Assembly (NCBI GenBank): GCA_028716965.1
Contig: JAQUOV010000006.1
Coordinates: forward strand, 23,282-87,281
DNA length: 64,000 bases
Source: Candidatus Omnitrophota bacterium
GTDB lineage: Bacteria; Omnitrophota; Gorgyraeia; Gygaellales; Profunditerraquicolaceae
Direction: 5' to 3'
Shown in pieces: positions 61,705 to 64,000 of this stretch (its first letter is position 1; the number at the start of each line of letters is the position of its first letter). A program made the translations under genes and the position numbers. The notes beneath the pieces were generated by a model, which had not been told where the DNA came from, did no database searches, and worked only from the letters and a program-made list of their open reading frames with translations.

Positions 61705-62808
61705 TCAGACGATAGTCTCTTCGGTGTTTTTATCGAAAAAATGTACCTTGCTCATATCAAAGACTACATCCATCTCCTGGTTGACCTTTGGCCGGTCATG
61801 CGCGCCGACGCGCGCGATAAAGGTATGCCTGCCCGTATTAAGATATAGATAAACCTCCGAGCCCATCGGCTCAAACACTTCGCAGTTTACCCTGACAATG
61901 TTCTCCGGCGGGGCATCCGAAACAAATAATTTATCATATATATCCTCGGAACGGATACCGAAGAACACATCGTTTCCCACGTAGCTGGCCATCTTCTTGT
62001 ACATATCTTCAACCAGCTTGACCTTAATCTTACCCTCATCAAAATACATCCTGCCTTCTTTTTTAATGATCTTTCCCTTCATGATGTTCATCGGCGGAGA
62101 ACCGATAAAGCTGGCGACAAACTTATTTTTCGGGTGGTCATAAACATCAATGGGATCATCCAATTGATTAAGTATACCGTCCTTCATTACCGCAATACGG
62201 TCCCCCATAGTCATAGCTTCAACCTGGTCATGGGTCACATATATAATCGTGGTCTGCAGCCTTATGTGCAGCTTATGGATTTCCGTGCGCATCTGTACGC
62301 GCATCTTGGCGTCAAGATTGCTTAAAGGTTCGTCAAAGAGGAAAACCATGGGTTTACGCACAATAGCCCTGCCTACCGCCACGCGCTGGCGTTCCCCGCC
62401 GGAAAGCTCCCGCGGCTTACGGTTCAATAAGCGTTTAATCCCCAATATATCCGCGGCCTCGCTTACTCTCTGGATAATTTCCTGTTTGGGAAGGTGCCTC
62501 AGGCGCAGGCCAAATGACATATTTTCAAAAACTGTCATATGCGGATAAAGAGCGTAATTCTGAAAGACCATGGCAATATCCCGGTCTTTAGCCGGGACAT
62601 CATTGACACGCTTATTGCCTATGAAGATATCCCCTGAGCTTATCTCTTCAAGTCCGGCGACCATCCTTAAGGTAGTGGATTTACCGCACCCCGAAGGGCC
62701 TACCAGGACCATAAACTCTTTGTTCTCGATACCCAGGTTCACATTGCTGACCGCCATGACATTACCCGGGAAAACTTTACAAACATTCTTCAAACTTACC
62801 TGAGCCAT
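61705..62808 (-). CDS. ugpC: ABC transporter ATP-binding protein, MalK/UgpC/MsmX carbohydrate-importer type; no permease genes adjacent
   Basis: 367 aa with Walker A (GPSGCGKST), signature ([14 protein letters not shown]) and Walker B ([10 protein letters not shown]) motifs. The C-terminal TOBE regulatory domain is typical of MalK-like ATPases. Confidence 0.85.
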   Translation of the reverse strand: MAQVSLKNVCKVFPGNVMAVSNVNLGIENKEFMVLVGPSGCGKSTTLRMVAGLEEISSGDIFIGNKRVNDVPAKDRDIAMVFQNYALYPHMTVFENMSFGLRLRHLPKQEIIQRVSEAADILGIKRLLNRKPRELSGGERQRVAVGRAIVRKPMVFLFDEPLSNLDAKMRVQMRTEIHKLHIRLQTTIIYVTHDQVEAMTMGDRIAVMKDGILNQLDDPIDVYDHPKNKFVASFIGSPPMNIMKGKIIKKEGRMYFDEGKIKVKLVEDMYKKMASYVGNDVFFGIRSEDIYDKLFVSDAPPENIVRVNCEVFEPMGSEVYLYLNTGRHTFIARVGAHDRPKVNQEMDVVFDMSKVHFFDKNTEETIV

Positions 62809-62835
62809 TTAATTACTCCTCTAAGTTTTGTCCAG

Positions 62836-62866
62836 AAAAATCCTCGTAAGCGGAACGAACGAGGGT
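62836..62866 (-). terminator. possible intrinsic terminator downstream of accD
   Basis: The cctcgt / acgagg stem (6 bp, 11-nt loop) is followed on the minus strand by UUUUU. The loop is large, so the prediction is weak. Confidence 0.3.
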
Positions 62867-62929
62867 ACACTCATTTAAATGTGCACTTGGCTTATAGAAC
62901 TAATATCAGCTTTTAACTATTATACAAAT

Positions 62930-63769
62930 TTAACTAAAATAATCAAGCAGTTGGCTGAGATTATTCTTCATATCCTTGCGATGCACAATCATATCAATGA
63001 GCCCGTGGTCCAGCAAAAATTCCGAGCGCTGAAAACCAATGGGCAGCTTTTGCCTTATTGTCTGTTCAATAACCCGCGGGCCGGTAAAACCGATCAAAGC
63101 TTTAGGCTCGGCCATAATTATATCCCCGACGCTGGCAAATGAAGCCATGATCCCGGCCATCGTGGGGTTGGTAAGCACAGATACATATAATAACCTTGCC
63201 TTGCGGTGATAGGATAAGGCTGCGCATGTTTTGGCCATCTGCATAAGGCTGTACATCCCCTCATACATACGCGCTCCGCCTCCTGAACCAGATACGATAA
63301 CTATGGGAAGTTTATTTTTTGTAGCATATTCAATAGCCCGGGTTATCTTCTCCCCTACTACCGAACCCATAGATCCCATAATAAAACGCGAATCGGTTAC
63401 AGCCAGCACCGCCGGTTTTCCTTCAATCCTGCCTTCCCCGGAAACAACCGCATCTTTTAACCCGGTTAATTCCTGGTCCCGCTTCAGTTTCTCCTTATAT
63501 GTCTTTGGCCCTTTAAAGTCAAGCGGGTCAACCGCAAGCATATCCTTATCAAATTCAGAGAAGGTGTCTTTATCAAATAACATATTTATTCTTTCGTAAG
63601 CGGTCAACCCGAAGTGGTAGTTACATTTCGGGCAAACCTTAAAATTCTCTTCAAGGGTCTTATTATATAATGTTTCCAGGCACTCTTCGCATTTTGTCCA
63701 CAAGCCGTCGGGGATCTCTTTTTTCTTTACGCGGACGATCGTATATTTTGGTTTACCGAAGAGGGCCAT
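62930..63769 (-). CDS. accD: acetyl-CoA carboxylase carboxyltransferase subunit beta
   Basis: 279 aa. An N-terminal zinc ribbon (CEECLETLY...CPKCNYH) is followed by a carboxyltransferase domain (GGARMYEG). Confidence 0.9.
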   Translation of the reverse strand: MALFGKPKYTIVRVKKKEIPDGLWTKCEECLETLYNKTLEENFKVCPKCNYHFGLTAYERINMLFDKDTFSEFDKDMLAVDPLDFKGPKTYKEKLKRDQELTGLKDAVVSGEGRIEGKPAVLAVTDSRFIMGSMGSVVGEKITRAIEYATKNKLPIVIVSGSGGGARMYEGMYSLMQMAKTCAALSYHRKARLLYVSVLTNPTMAGIMASFASVGDIIMAEPKALIGFTGPRVIEQTIRQKLPIGFQRSEFLLDHGLIDMIVHRKDMKNNLSQLLDYFS

Positions 63770-63779
63770 ATTTCGTCAA

Positions 63780-64000
63780 CTATTTAAAGTCCTCCAGTTT
63801 ATTGATTACCAGTCCGGAAAGCACCTTTGGATAGAAATAGGTGGATTTAGGAGGCATTTTATTGCCGCTCAAAGCAACGTCTATAATCTGCTCTATCTTT
63901 ACCGGATTCAGGAAAAACGCCACCTTCAGGGGGTCCGCATCAACCTCCTTGATAAACTCATCGGGATCAGGGTCGTATCTTACGGCAGGCAGGTTATCCA
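63780..64000 (-). CDS. DUF1015-domain protein, C-terminal 73 codons only (5' end outside window)
   Basis: The minus-strand frame is open to the window edge and ends ...NKMPPKSTYFYPKVLSGLVINKLEDFK-stop. The KSTYFYPKLLSGL-like C-terminal motif is characteristic of DUF1015 proteins. Confidence 0.55.
   Translation of the reverse strand, partial: DNLPAVRYDPDPDEFIKEVDADPLKVAFFLNPVKIEQIIDVALSGNKMPPKSTYFYPKVLSGLVINKLEDFK

Overview
This 64 kb window is a gene-dense stretch of core chromosome from an anaerobic bacterium, probably an uncultivated lineage. About 60 of 62 protein genes lie on the minus strand, many with short overlaps that suggest long polycistronic arrays. I found no integrase, transposase, CRISPR array, restriction-modification or recognisable defence genes.

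Main contents:
- Housekeeping genes: nnrD (partial), acpS, pdxJ, folP, ftsH and tilS.
- A Wood-Ljungdahl corrinoid module (acsE, acsD, cooC, RACo, acsC) preceded by an orphan larB. No acsA/acsB CODH/ACS catalytic genes are in the window.
- A pair of excisionase-type helix-turn-helix proteins, one fused to a bactofilin domain and one membrane-anchored.
- mgtC, tsaD, yibQ, ctpA and gatCAB.
- A divergent 1061-aa GH94-like glycoside-phosphorylase-superfamily protein, convergent with a membrane-fused spermidine-synthase-like protein.
- A CcdA-like thiol-disulfide transporter plus an orphan AmmeMemoRadiSam-type radical SAM enzyme.
- plsY, pgsA, lepB, lepA, cmk and an aromatic amino acid cluster (tyrA, DAHP synthase, hisC, pheA).
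- scpB, ruvA, ruvC, yebC, RNase P RNA, rnhA and a COG1579 zinc-ribbon protein.
- tRNA-Val and two CAT-anticodon tRNAs, a PAS-GGDEF-HD-GYP signalling protein, rpoD, dnaG, Nif3 and cvpA.
- A UDP-sugar cluster (UDP-xylose synthase, epimerase, two nucleotide-sugar dehydrogenases) next to lptD.
- Transaldolase, ROK glucokinase, two GGDEF cyclases, an orphan MalK/UgpC ATPase, accD and a partial DUF1015 gene.

The most unusual features:
- An atypical CAT-anticodon tRNA flanked by a tandem array of 58-bp repeats, each ending in the tRNA 3'-terminal 16 nt, with a copy of the tRNA 5' half about 105 nt upstream.
- A decayed partial duplicate of the second CAT tRNA.
- A bactofilin fused to a DNA-binding HTH domain.
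- larB placed directly upstream of the corrinoid iron-sulfur protein operon.
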